This document shows, in pieces, positions 26,482 to 39,233 of a stretch of 64,000 nt of DNA. Both the position numbers and the translations under genes were made by a program. Location: assembly GCA_013239625.1 (NCBI GenBank), contig MU054323.1, forward strand, positions 13,563,950 to 13,627,949, given 5' to 3'. The notes beneath the pieces were generated by a model. It saw only the letters and a list, made by a program, of their open reading frames with translations. It was not told the DNA's origin and did no database searches. This DNA is from Lama guanicoe. Its lineage: Eukaryota. Position 1 is the stretch's first letter. Each line of letters starts with the position of its first letter.

Positions 26482-26681
26482 GCCATAAGTGAGTAGGCCG
26501 TGGGGCCCAGCCTTAAGCGAGTAGCCTGCGGGGCCCGGGCCAAAGTTCACAATAACTTGCACCTGGTAAGAGGTAAATGTACGCATGCGCTAGTAGCGTG
26601 ACTACGCATTATGAACAATATGCCTGCGCCAGCAGCGTGGGTCAGCATTATGAACAGTACACATGCGCCAAGTGCGTACAC
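26482..26681. repeat. CpG-rich tandem repeats: 2x28 bp, then ~2.6x39 bp units with NRF1-like motifs
   Basis: 28-bp units at 26482 and 26510; 39-bp units at 26579, 26618 and 26657. Confidence 0.85.
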
Positions 26682-27669
26682 CTGAGGGCGGCCTGCCATG
26701 ACGCCACCGGCTTGTACTTCAGTAAAGTGCTGGCTTGCTCCATGTTGGCTCCTCCTGCCTTTCTTCCAGTTGGGGCAACTCACCTTGAATTCCTCTCCAG
26801 CCTCCCTGCTGACAAAGTGTCTTTTCTAGCTTCAGTATTTCATTCTATGGCATAGCGACCCTAATTTTACAGCTAAGTAGAAGAGGCTCCAACCACAAGA
26901 GCCTGAGATGGCTACTCAGTAAGTATTCAGACACATCTGACTGGCGCTAATGGGATGATGTCTGGGATCCAGTGAGCAAACACCTGAAGCTGAAGTCTTG
27001 CTTTCAGCATCCTTTAGCAGTGAGACAACTTTTTCAGGCATTAAGCCAGATTGGGTATAGAACTCACCTTACTTTACAGACTTAATCAGAGATGTTAATG
27101 AGGGCTCATCCAGGAAGAGTGGTTCTGAGTGTGTTATAGAGCAGTAACACTTAAGTGGACTTTGACTTGTCTGAAAGGAAAACTGGGCCTAATCCCTAGA
27201 CTCTAGAGTAGGAAAAAGGAGATAAAGGAGGACTATGAATTTTCTTTTTTAATTTTTAAACTATTATAAGGGTATGACAGACACAGACTACAAGGGAGCT
27301 TTGCTAAATGGCCTAAAGACATAAGAGGGTTGAAGGAGAGGAAACACTTTGTTATCGGGACCTTGGACATAGGAAAACTATGGACGACAATATCGGTAGT
27401 ATGGGAACAAAATCTCCACCAGAAGTGATGTCAGGAGCTATGCTAAGAGGTAGGAACAGATTGCTACCTGAATTTCACTAATGAGGACTGTTTTGAGGAC
27501 CGAGGACTTTTTAAAGGGAGATTTACAATCTCGGATCGTTCCGTAGGCTAATGTGTTCTGGGCAGTGTATTTATTTAGGAAAGAGAGTTCCGAATTTGTG
27601 TGAACTGACCTGCTCCAGGCGAGAAGTAATGATGAACTAATACCTGAACCCATATCCTCTGATTCTCAA

Positions 27670-28440
27670 CTTTGCGCATATGCATTTTTGTTGTGATGTC
27701 ACGTATTCGTTTGCTTGTTTTTCTTTTCAGCAGGATAGATCCCTGCAGCAGGACGCATCTCCCACAAGCCCCGGCTAGTAACTATGACTATGCCTGCGAG
27801 ATCCGAACCAGAGGCCGATCTCAGGGCCCCGGATGCTGTTTGTGGGCGTGGCATGCGCCTGCGCAGTTGGCTTAGCGGGCGCTTGGCATTCCGGACCTGT
27901 AAGAGCAGCAGCCGCCTCAGCCCTCCAGGCTTTTTCTTGAAGCCGCTGCGGGTCGCGTGCACTACTGCGCTCCTGAAGAACAGGGAAGGACACTGGAGTC
28001 TGACCCTTTGTGGCCCCGAGCCGGGAAGACACACAGGGCCTCTCACAGAGTCGGGTGCCCAGGTAGTTCTCCTCAGCGGATGGCAAAGCCAAGGAGTTCC
28101 TGTGAGACGTGGCTTCAGGAAAACAGGTAACTGTTTTTGAGGAGGGTGGACCTTGGCATCGCGGTTTGGCCTTCAGAAGTCCCTGCTGGTGGCGGCTCAG
28201 TCTGTCCCTACAAGTCCTGGACCCGGGGACGGTCCTAGGGTAGCCTGAATGCAGAGTCTCGCGGCCCCCAACGCGCCGTTCGCGCCGGGGTACCTGCCCT
28301 CGGGCAGCAGGCCGCCCCCACCCCCAACCCACCCCGTCCTCTGGGGCTGCGGGTCCCTTCAGTCCGACGTTGGTGAGGGGAAAGATGGTTACCTTCAGCC
28401 CCCATATGGGCCTGCTGTCCTTAAGGGCCTGTCTGGCAAC
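27670..28440. promoter_or_regulatory. Orphan CpG island / probable promoter
   Basis: Dense CpG; NRF1 consensus TGCGCCTGCGCA 27854-27865, GC box GGGCGTGGC 27844-27852, CRE/E-box-like TGATGTCACGT ~27694, ETS TTCCGG ~27889; donor CAG|GTAACT at 28126/28127. Confidence 0.75.
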
Positions 28441-28521
28441 CCCTTTGTTTTTAGTCAAGACTGTTTTCTGTAGGTAAAAATACTTCTTTGATTCTAAGGT
28501 AGAATGTATTGTAAGACACTC

Positions 28522-28820
28522 TGTTAATGTAATAGATTTGGGGAAAGCAAAATACTACATGACAGAATGCAGTTATCTGTGGTGATAGCTCTATTCCAGG
28601 ACCTCTGTCTAAATTGTTTTAGGTGGCAGTTGGAGGGGAGGTAATAGTTTCTAAATGACGCTTTTGGGCCTTGATTGCTTTCAGCTGGAAATAATCTGCA
28701 TACCTGAGAGACATTTTGGGGTGGCAAATTTTGTTCCCCTACAGCCCCACTGTAGTAGTTCTCCTGAATAAAATCTGCCTTACCATCATGACAAGTGTAA
28801 TGAATAATTTTTTCTTTAAC
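28522..28820. mobile_element. Composite ERV1 LTR fragments
   Basis: MER34-like 5' end on the minus strand starting at 28743 (TGTAGGGGAACAAAATTTGCCACCCCAAAATG), next to a plus-strand LTR-like 3' end (AATAAA...TTCTTTAACA). Confidence 0.55.
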
Positions 28821-28849
28821 AGTGCTGGAGTATGGATAAACTTTGGAGG

Positions 28850-29540
28850 CTGGGGGAGGATGGTAATCCATGTTATGCAGTGGTGAACCAGCTGAAAACT
28901 ATTCCCTGTGATAAGTTTGGAGATTTCTATCTAATAAAGTTCAGCTCTAGGGAGTAAGATTAGAAAACAATATTAGAAGCTTATGTAGGTTTCTGTTGGC
29001 TGCGTTTGCAAGGTATTATTAGAGAGAGATGAACTCACTAAAGAATTGCTATGTTTGCAATCAGGAATGAAAAGGAACAGAGAAAGTCCTCAAATTCAGA
29101 GACTTACTCTTGGAAGAGACAGTTGCTTCTCAATCTCAACTAGACACAGCCAGTACTAAAAAGGCCCATGAGCATTAAAAGCCAATAAATTAAATGTTGT
29201 GTCAAGGGTTTAAACTCTCCGTGTTAAAACTATGGAATGAACTAAGATGTTTCCACATCAGCATCTATCCAAATTGTCTTGCCCAGTCAGTCCCTCCAGT
29301 GATTGAAGAGGAGAGTAAATGTGAGGAGCTCCCCCGAAGCCCTATAAACAAGGTATGTGTAATTAATTTATGTGAAAGAGAGTCTTGAGGGCAAGAAAAT
29401 AAAAGAATGTTAGTGATTCTGAGAACTCTGCCTGAAAAAAAGAAAAAATTAAGTCTATAGAACTGATAGGAATTAGAAAACCAGAGACCTACTTCAGGCA
29501 GTTAATTTGGCAAAGGAACTACACCTGGCTGAAGAAGCTG
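28850..29540 (+). mobile_element. MaLR internal (MLT1-int-like) fragment
   Basis: TTGGCTGCGTTTGCAAGGTATTATTAGAGAGAGATGAACTCACTAAAGAATTG resembles MLT1-int. Confidence 0.5.
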
Positions 29541-32500
29541 TGACTGAGACTTAATGATCTTGAGTCTAGAACCTTTCATGGGCAGTAAGCAGCCTGAAAA
29601 AGCTGGTCAGTACTCGAGGAGGGGCTTTGACTCAGTTCTACTCCAAGTGTGGCTAAGGAGGATGATGAATAGGAAGAACCTCTCAGAGGTTGGAACCAAG
29701 GGTCATGGGGCAGTTTCAGGGGCTTCTTTTGGATTTTTTTCCACCATACTGGCTCATATTCTGCGAGTTAGAGAGCCATATGAGGTTCCTTTCAGCTGCT
29801 GAGTATATCCATCTCTGTTATACACTCAGAGGCTGGGAAAATGAGTGGAGGGTGGGTCTTTTTGGCAAACTGGAAATGGATTTGAGCTATGTCTCCATAT
29901 GCTTCCAACCCACAGGGCAGTGGGCATGACAGCATTTTGGTTTCTTTCATACTGGTGTCAGCTGGGACTTAGTATCTTACAGAATGGGGTATTCCCTTTA
30001 CTCTGTATAGTTATTTTGGAAAATGGCCAGATGTGTAACTTTACATTGAAATACAGAAGCAAGAATGTACAAACCAAAACTACACACAATATCAATGAAT
30101 TTCAAACTAATTTAATAACAGAAGCAAGACAGAAAGAATACATAGTGTGTGAGTCTATTTATAGAAAGATCAGAAACAGACAAAATAAATCTATCATTTT
30201 TAAAGTCAAGGTGGTGGTAACTCTTGGGGGGTTAGTGACTGAGAAGAGAAAAACGGGCTTCTCAGATATTGGTAAAGAGTTACCAATCTACATCAAGACT
30301 TATGTACTTTGTGTTTGCTATGCTCTAAATATGACATAAGTCTTTGTGGGTGGATCTATAGCTGTGTGTTAATTTCTTTGAGATACATACTTAGGAGTGG
30401 TGTTACAGGTCATAGAGTAGTTGTTTAATTTTGTTAACTACCAAGCTTTCCAAAGAGGTTGTAGCATTTTACATTCTTACCAGGAGTAAATTAGAATTCC
30501 AATTGCTCCACATCCTTGTTGTCAGCCTTTGTAATTGTTTTTTTTTTTACTTTAGGCATTCTGGTAGTCTTGGTTTACCTCATTGTGGTATAATTTTATT
30601 TCCTTCTCGGCTAGTGTTATCAAGCACTTGTCCACCACTGTGGATATTTAAAACAGGGTCTGGCACAATGTAAGAATTAAATACATGTTTAATGAATAAA
30701 GGAATGACATATCAGGAGGGTCAACGTTATGTTTTTTATTAAATATGTTTCTACCTCTAAGCCACAATTCATAGCACAGTGCAACATATGGCTTTCCTTC
30801 ATTCTTACATGTGAAGTTCCTAAAAGCAGGGTGGTAATTGTTCTCTTTTTATATATGAAGTAACATTCTTTGGTTAATTCCTTCATACTGAGAAATACCC
30901 AAGTAAGGCCATACCTTCTGCTTTGGTCAATGTGTGCCTGTTCTCTCCTTGGCCTGTCATTACCTAGTTAAAGCTACCTCTTCTGTTTGCATTATAACCT
31001 GTCTTTTAAAAAACACTTTGTGTTAGCGTCCATCGTAGTTAAAACTGCCTAATTATTTTTACTTTGCTAAAGTAATAGAAAACCAAAGCATTGATTCTTT
31101 AAAGCATTTGATAAACATTTACTGAGTACCCACTATGTGGCATTAGAAGGTCCAGGGCCTGAGCTATGCTGATGCTCCCCTCCCTAGCTGTCTACTGGAG
31201 GAGACCAATTGTTATTCACAAATTACTGAGTGGAATTTGGTACTTGAGACTGAAAACAAAACATGTCCCAATAAATATTTTTGTGGGTTGTCTTATGATC
31301 ACATTATCTATCAGATCTCAAACTATTGTATTCTGTGACTAAAATTCAGAAAGTTTGTTTGAATTGCTTTGACTTTTCCTTCTGCATTTGAATTTTTGGA
31401 GCTTCATTTTATAAAATTTCACTGTTACAAAACTACTTTAGAATTTATTTAGTATTGAAAAGTGATAAAGAAACATAAAGTTTTCTAAATGTCGTGGGTG
31501 CTAAGATAGATATCTTAATTGAAGCTTTAAAATATTTTGTTACTAACCCATAGCTATTGATCATCGCCTGCCCTCCTTACCTTCCCTTTTATTGAAATTT
31601 TCTCTGCTGTTGCTAAACCAACAACAGGACATTGTGTCCTCCCATATCAGTTTCAGTTGACTATGTGAGGGGAGAAAGCATGATTTCAGAATAATGCTCC
31701 CTAGATCTACAGCCTCACATGAAAAAATGAGCTGGGCCGAGCATTTTTCTCCTTTGTGAATTTGAGCTGGAAAACTGGAGAAGTAAGACAGAACAATTTG
31801 GCCACAGGGACAGTGGTAAAAAGGATGTGTAGAGGGCCCCTGAGGTGTAGCATGGCTAGGGTGCTTGAAGTTAGGAGAGAGAAGTGAGGAAGCCTCTCAG
31901 AAGACCTAAAGAGAATACATGATTTCTTATCTTTAGGGATGAAGCTGTAGCTCAGAGAGCTTGAGTTGTTATCCAAACATGTACAGCTTATAAAGGTAAA
32001 TTGTATTCACAAATTTCTCTCCTTATACTCTTTCCCTTCCTATAAAACAAACAAATCAAACCAGTTGGGCAGTAGTGATGAAGTAAAATTCTAGGAGAGG
32101 AGTCGCTATTATTCTTTGCCTATGAGCTCTGTCTCAAAATGCTTACAGGACATGTACACATACTTTTTTTTTTTGAGTTATCTAATTTGTCACCCGAGGT
32201 AATCTTAAAATTCTCAACCTACTGAAAATGAAAGATTAATGCTTTATTCTTTTTCACTATTAGTACTTAATCTATTCATTTTTATCCATGTCTAAGATTC
32301 TGTTAATTTCTCACCCCATTTCTGTCAGTAAAATTGGTATCTACAGCCTGCTTTTTGTTTACAATTCTAGTGAGTGCAAGTCTTTGTGTTTAATGAAGGA
32401 GGCTCAAATAGAGGAGAACGAGAGGTTCTACCCTGCAGCTTCTGGGGGAGGGAGAGCCTTCTGTGCCATTGAAAGTGGTCAAATAATCTAATTTGATAAA

Positions 32501-33412
32501 GCACTGGAAACATTTGTTAGACTCTCAGTCTTGCTTTTCTGTGCAATAAAGAGATTTCTGTGAATATTCATAATTGTTGCTAGCTTGTTTCTTGCTAATA
32601 TAAATCCACCCTTGGATGCAAAATTGAAACAAGGGGAACTTTCAAGATTCCAAAGACCTTAGAAAATAGTGCCATGACCTATGAAAATAACGTTCAAAGA
32701 AAACATGTAATTCAGGTTGTTTTCTTACTCATTTAAAAAATTTTTTGGCCTGATTATAATGTTAATTGACGTCTGTATATTTTCAAAAAGGAAAAATAAT
32801 TAGAAGATGTTTTTCTTAAATCGGCAGCCCTTTCTTCCTCGTGTGGATGGAGGGTGGCTATGACTGCTAGTTTTCATTATTTAAAAATGATAAATTTTTA
32901 TTTTGTTTAAATTAAGTTATTAGATATGCATAATTTAAAAACTCAGATTATCCTTCTGAAATGATTCTGACTTGTTTCACAAGCTTCAGAAAAAACACTA
33001 CTCAATATTCATCCTCACATACTTTATTTGTCAGGAAATCAGATATCTCCTATTGTTTTTTTCTGCCTTTCCCAATGTCCGAGAAGCTGTGGATCAAAGC
33101 TGCAGTCTTTTCTGACACGAGGCAGAGAGAAAGGTGGGAAGTCCAGTCAGCCTGTTAGCTGCCTGTTCAGATACTATCACTGAGTTCTGCTGCTGGGTAT
33201 TTTAGACAACCTGATGGACTCTTGTCTATTCCTTTAGTGATGCCCTTCTTGGCATAGATCCTTGCAGAAGTTGAAGTTAGTGCTCTGGCTCAGGCTCCAA
33301 GCTTATGTTGACATGTTAAGCTGTTTTCCCCATAGCCCCAACACTGTCACAGTGGACCCAGCTGGGCTCCTCACTCAGCCTCATTCTGTGCCGGGGTCAG
33401 TTCCCACTGTCC

Positions 33413-33870
33413 ACTGGAAAAACAAAACAAAGGGCACAACCTAAAAGTTGAGAGTTATGTTTTATCTGGGACCTTATATTTTATCTGATGACTGTAGCCT
33501 AAGATATAGCCTCTCAGATAGCTTCCAGATAGATTCCAGAGAGGTGAGGGAGGAGCCAGGAGGTACAGGAGTTTTTGCTGGGGAAAAACAAAACATTTAG
33601 TTGAATCAGAAGATTATTGCTATCACAAAAACAGACATCTCAGTGTTTTAGTGATTTTCTATGTGTGGAAAGATGCAAGAGTCTGGGCTCACTGAAATTA
33701 TTCCTTTGATATGCATCTTAGCTATCCAGGACCAGTATCCTATTTTTCTCCAAGCTGAATTCCCCTCAGGGTGTGCTGTAGGGTGGAAACTGTTGCTGCA
33801 GTGGCTGATGACTTGATGGCGGGTAACATTCCTTGTTTACAGAAATGGCAAGCAACATTTATTGTCTGCA
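33413..33870 (-). mobile_element. ERV1-type solo LTR
   Basis: LTR-like antisense motifs (GAGTTATGTTTTAT; GAGTCTGGGCTCACTGAAATTATTCCTTTGATATGCA). Confidence 0.6.
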
Positions 33871-34364
33871 CCACACTTTGCCTTATAGTCAAGCCTGGAC
33901 TACCAGCCCAGACTCCCCATCCTCCTGTAGTGATTCTGCTTTGTGGCTCTTGGTACCTTTTCGTACTAGTGGTCTACTATCTAAGCCACCCTGATCTACC
34001 CTGGGTCATGTGGGGCTTCAAGTATCTTTTCTCCCAAGATTCTTGCCCCATAGGATTGCCCAAGGACATGGCTGCATGCCTGCCTTTTACTTGCATCACT
34101 AAAAGCTATCATTCAAGTGATAGCTCACTTAACGAGCCAATCTACTGTTAGATAAATTGTGCCTCAGCCTTGGACCCAGAGGCAGGCAGCTGCTCTAATT
34201 AAAAATTTTTCTTCATCTGAGGCTCCAAACACTAATCTAAGGTCATGTGCTGCCAGTAACAGGGGAACAAAGTAAGGATTTGAGGGCATGCAAAAGGAGG
34301 TATGAGTTTTTGAATCTGTGTGTATTCATGTTGTTGAGTAGAGCTTTTTGTACCCCAAAACTAA

Positions 34365-34901
34365 TTGGACTGCTGTTCTCTCTCATGTTTAGTTCTGGAG
34401 AACTGCAAATTAAACTGAGAAAAGACTCATTAGCAAGAGAAAAAAAAGTTTATTTACAAGTGCAACACGTGTACACATGAGAGTGCTCAGAATGAGTAAC
34501 TCAAAGAGGTGATTAGAATTTGGGGCTTACGTACATTTTAATAGATGAAGGGGGAAGGGAGAAAATTTATTGGAAAAATAAATGATTTCTTAGAAGACAT
34601 GGCAGGTGAAAGAGCATTTATGGAAGACAAATGACTTTCTGGAAAGATAAATGAGCCCTTAGGACAGTAGATGGGAGATACAATAATTTTGTGACAGTCT
34701 GTTGGGTGTGGTACCTACTTCCTGAGTCCTAGTCTCAAGATTAGAGTTGCCCGCATGGAAGGTACCTATGACAATTGAGTTCTTTTGGGAGTCTCTGCTT
34801 TTAGGCAAATGAGGGATTTCAGGAACTCAAATGCCTTCAGCTCAAAGTAAGTTTTATGTTGCAGTAATGTATTTTGGTGTCGCATGTCCTAATCCCATTC
34901 A
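34365..34901 (-). mobile_element. ERV1 solo LTR, MER34-like
   Basis: Shares CTGCAAATTAAACTGA and TGCCTTCAGC...AAA...TATTTTGGT blocks with the 23.9-kb copy. Confidence 0.7.
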
Positions 34902-36785
34902 AAAAGGACCAAATCATTTGGATGTTATAAAATACAACAAACTTTAAAAGTGTATAGAGAATAATTTCCTGTTTCTTCAAAGAAAAATATAATTTGCTTT
35001 CAGAGGTTCAATTAAAAAAAATACCCCCAAGTCCCCTAATATCCCTAGAAAGTCAACTATAATTAGTTTTAACTAGATGTTCATCACAATGGATCTTGGA
35101 CAAAGGAGGTTTGTGATCTAGGAATTCCCTTTCCTGTGAAACTTCAGCCAGTAGCAGAAATAAATTCTTAAGTCAGAGGACCTTCACTGGTGGCTATCTG
35201 TGGTCAGGTCCATGTTGTTTTACTGTATAGGAGTGAGACAGGATTGGTAGCCCACGTGGCGCATTGGTATAGGGATTGAAAATGCATTTGCCTCACATGC
35301 TTTTAATATTTTTACTTTGTTTTTTAATTTGTAGTCAGTAACATCTAACAATATTCTTTCCTGCTTGACAGTTTTTATATTCTTGATGTCTTACCAGGTT
35401 GGTTTATTCTAGTTTCTACTGAGAACTGGATGTACAGGTGTTTTTTTTTTTAACCTGAAAGATCAAATTTAGGAGAAGTATCATTTTCAAGTTAATTGTG
35501 TACCCGTGGATCTGGAGAAGACAAAAGATGAGTTGACTAAACCCTAATGAAGTGGAAAATATTTATATTTTGTTCTAGTTAACTATAAGCCCCAGAGCCT
35601 GTGGAGACACTTGGTTTTTGTTTTTTACTGCAGCAGGTACTCAACAATAGCTTTTGAAATGTCTCTTTGTTCTGTGGCCAATGAGTTTTTCCTGCTGGTG
35701 GCAGATGGCAATTTATTTTTAAATTGACCTGGACACGGATACTTTTTTCCTTGGCTATGGTGATAAGTTTGGGGAGACAAGCCTCCATAGAATGTTAATT
35801 CTGGCAGGTTAGATTTTTCATGTAATCCTAATTGGAAGAATCAGGAATAATGACTGTAAGCTGACCAGTAAATACTTCCCACAGGGGAAAGATTTACTCC
35901 GAGTTGTTGCTAATGATGTCAAGGTCTCGAGCTTCTTCTATAGCTGATAACTGTTACAAATTCAGATGTCTCTCTTGTGCCTTATCTGGAGAGATATGCT
36001 TTGAAGCCCCCTCTCCGTTTGCTTCCACAAGGCCCCTAAACCTTCTTGCATGACTGCTATTTCATATTTATGTTTCCTTGATGACTCTCCTGAACCAATA
36101 ACAGCATCTGCTCCCACAGTTTGCAGGGCATTAAAGCAAGAGCTCTTCTCAGCATTCTGTGATCTATGACGGACACTTCTTAGTGACTGCATTTTAATCA
36201 GATTCTCTCTGTCTGCTTCTAAGTAGCAGTGTTTTCTGCATTGTGGCATTGACAGGTAGAGGCTTTCCTCAGCTCTGTTCATAAATTCATAAGACAATTA
36301 GTTTTCAGCTATGAAATAATACATAACATTTTCCTTATTCAGATTTCTTTTTATCAAAAGAGGAAAATTTACTGTTTGTCTAAAAAGGACTGAATTGGTT
36401 CTGTTCTTTGTTAGAACACTGAATGACAGTTTGGCGGTGCCTCTGTGTGTTTTATTCATTTTCAGATAAGAAGACATTTATCTGTTATGTAGTTTATGCT
36501 ACATAAAAAGTTTTATATAAAACAATTCTGTATATCCAAGCTGTTCTTGGAAACAATCATTCATTTTATGGAAATTTTATTTCTGAAATGACATTCATAA
36601 CCTCCTAGTCAATGACTTCTTACGAAGTTACTTCACAGCACTTAAGAAAGATATCAGAGAAAGTAATGATTTAAGTATGCATATTTTCCTAAATTTATGT
36701 AAGAGCCATTGTATAGGTATTGCTGTGGAATCTTACATAATGAAGGAATCTTAGAATATTCATCATAGAAATTATCTTAGGGTAC

Positions 36786-37140
36786 TGTTATAGACTGAAT
36801 GTGTCCCCCCACCAAATTTATATGTTGAAGTCCTAACTCCTAATGTGATGGTATTAGGTGGGGCTTTTGAGAGGTAATTAGGTCCTGAGGGTAGAGCCCT
36901 CATGAATGAGATTAGTGTCCTCATGAAAGGGAGACTGGAGAACTCTCTTGCCCTCATTCTTCCATGTGAGAACACAACAGGAGGATCTGAAACCTGGAAG
37001 TGGGGTCTCACCAGAACCTGACCAGCTGGCACCTTAATATCAAATTTCCAGCCTCTAGACTGTGAGAAATAAATTTCTGTTGTCTGTAAGCTAACCAGTT
37101 TATGGTATTTTGCTATAGCAGCCTGAATTGATTAGGAGAG
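36786..37140 (+). mobile_element. MLT1A/B MaLR LTR
   Basis: TGTTATAGACTGAATGTGTCCCCC...TGTGAGAAATAAATTTCTGTTG...TATAGCAGCCTGAA. Confidence 0.85.
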
Positions 37141-37714
37141 GTGGCATTTCCCTGTGTTTTTCAGAGCATAATAGTTTGGAGACCTATCAAGAGGTTTGCA
37201 GCAAAAAAACATGGCAAGGAAAACACATGGTCTAAGAGACTTATAAAGAAGATTAAAAAAGTTTTCTTTGTTATAAGATTTCACATCCCCTTTAAGTGTT
37301 AATATGAATTGGAGTCAAGTCTGTTTTTTGACAATTGCCAGATCAACAACTGGAAAAGCCCATACAAGAACTGAAAAGCCTGTACAAGAGCTTATTGGTT
37401 CCATCTCACCCAGGAGGAGGACATGATGGCAGAAGCCTCATAAAAATCCATGTGGCCCAAGCCACCACTGAAACTGTCTCTGCCAGCCATCTTGGCTGAT
37501 GGCTCACCACTTGAGTGCTTTTCTTTCCTTCTCCCTGCTCAAGCACTTTCCTTCCTTTTCCTCTTTTGAGAAATAAAAGCAGCCTTTTCACTTTGCCTTT
37601 CTGCCTCTACTGTGAAATCTTTCATAGTCAGCGGCAAGGACCCACAGATTGGTGGGCCTCCTAATTTAGGGGTCTGTCTGCTAACAATATAGTTGAAATC
37701 ATATAGTACATAGC

Positions 37715-38145
37715 TGTAGGAGAGGAAAAAACTTAACCTTTTTCTCTCTACACTCAGGTTCTCCAGCTGAGACCTGTAAATTCGACTGACAAAAGATAAA
37801 TTAGCAAGAGAAAAGTAGAAGTTTAGTAACATATGCATTGTGCATACAAATGGGAGCCCTCAGACATGAGAAATTCAAAGAGGTTGTTAGGACTTGGGCT
37901 TTTATAGCATCTTAACAAAAGAACGATACATTTTTATAGAAGTGATGAGGCAAAGGAAAAGGATTTTGTACTTCTAGGGTAGTAAGCTTGTGGGAAGGCA
38001 AATATATGGAGAAATTAATGAAAGATAAAGGCTGGTTGTAGCAAGGTTTGTTATGTAGATTCCTCTGGTGCCTGCCTACAGTTGTCTCTGGTAATTAACT
38101 TCTGTCCTTCCTGATGGAGAGGGGAGGGCAGAATATCTTTACAAA
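37715..38145 (-). mobile_element. ERV1 LTR related to the 23.9- and 34.4-kb copies
   Basis: Shared blocks ACTGACAAAAGATAAATTAGCAAGAGAAAA and TTGTGGGAAGGCAAATATATGG. Confidence 0.7.
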
Positions 38146-38660
38146 TTCTGGATTTTGGTATAGTCCTTGTGTAATTTAAAAATTTTATTTAAATCTTTCT
38201 AATATGGGCTCAACATTAAAGTAAAACTAACAGGCTTTTAAGGGAAAAAGTCAACCTAATGGGTTCATCCTTTCCTAGTCCCAAGTCCAGTTTCCCAGAG
38301 GCAGACACTTAGCTTTTTTGCCTCTTTCTTTTGTTATCTGCCTCCATAGTTTAAAATACTGCTGCTGTGTCTTAATTTATTAATTCTGTACATTATCTAT
38401 TCATTTGTTATGAGACATGAGGATTTAATACTTTGAAACAGCCCAATTTCATTGCTCACTTTCACTATTTTTGGTACAGTTTTTGTTTTTACTGAAGGTA
38501 ATAATTGTGTTGCTTTTTCATTTGCCTTATTTTTATGAACATGCAAATGTATAAAAATATTTATATGGATGTTTTTATATACATATGAATATAATATAAG
38601 CACACAGACATTTATAGGAAAAAGAAGAGAGGAAGGGATAGTGAGAAAGGGAAGGAGGAA

Positions 38661-39233
38661 GGTTACTGAACTGAACTTGTATCTGTTCACCTGCTATGCA
38701 TCAAAGCCAGTTTACTGACACTGGGTTGTGCAGCGTTTATTGCAGGGCCCAGCAAGGAGAATAGGGGGCTCATGCTCAAAAGACCGAAACTCCCTGATGG
38801 CAACATTTGGGGTGAGGGCTGCAGGGTGCGTGACTTCTGATTTGTTGGTGGTGAGGTAACAGGGTGGTGTTTTAGGAATCTTAATCACCAACTTTTTGGT
38901 TCCAACCAGTCTGGGGTCTACCAGCTTGTGCTCAGCAAGTAGTCAGCATCTTCTTTCTGGCTGGAGGTCTTTGTTTCTGAAGAGCATCTCAAAGATTTGT
39001 GTCAAATTGTTATGTATATCCCTTGAAGAGAAATTAGGACTCTGAACTATTGTTTCTTGACTGCTTTTCCTCTGTTTCTGCATTCCGTCACTTCCCTAAT
39101 TAGTAACTATTTGAGTCTGCTTTTCGGAACTCACAAAGGCCTAGAAGACTAAAGCCTTTATCTACAAACAAGAATTGGGAGACACAGAGGGGCTTTTGTA
39201 CCCTGGTGGGCCCTACAGGGTCCTGCTCAGTTT
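38661..39233 (-). mobile_element. ERV1-type solo LTR
   Basis: GTTACTGAAC...GCGTTTATTGCAGGG...GCTCATGCTCAAAAGACC...AGGGTCCTGCTCAGTTTCA. Confidence 0.7.

Noticed and set aside
26482..26681. CRISPR-like repeat array
   Set aside because: Eukaryotic context, contiguous diverged units without unique spacers, no cas genes.
26577..26855. 92-aa ORF with repeated YACASSV..HYEQ (zinc-finger-like look)
   Set aside because: The periodicity simply reflects the 39-bp DNA repeat; the Cys/His spacing does not match C2H2 or other motifs I know.
27777..27788. AGTAACTATGAC, identical to a short 28S rRNA motif
   Set aside because: Only ~12 nt with no flanking rRNA similarity; chance match.
27699..28473. Several 74-227 aa ORFs in the orphan CpG island
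   Set aside because: Expected from stop-codon scarcity in GC-rich DNA; no recognisable domain.
29845..30339. 164-aa + strand ORF
   Set aside because: Runs across LTR-like and old L1 3'-end fragments; chance open frame.
35579..36297. ORFs of 69 and 111 aa in an apparently unique block
   Set aside because: No similarity to any protein I recognise and no supporting exon chain.
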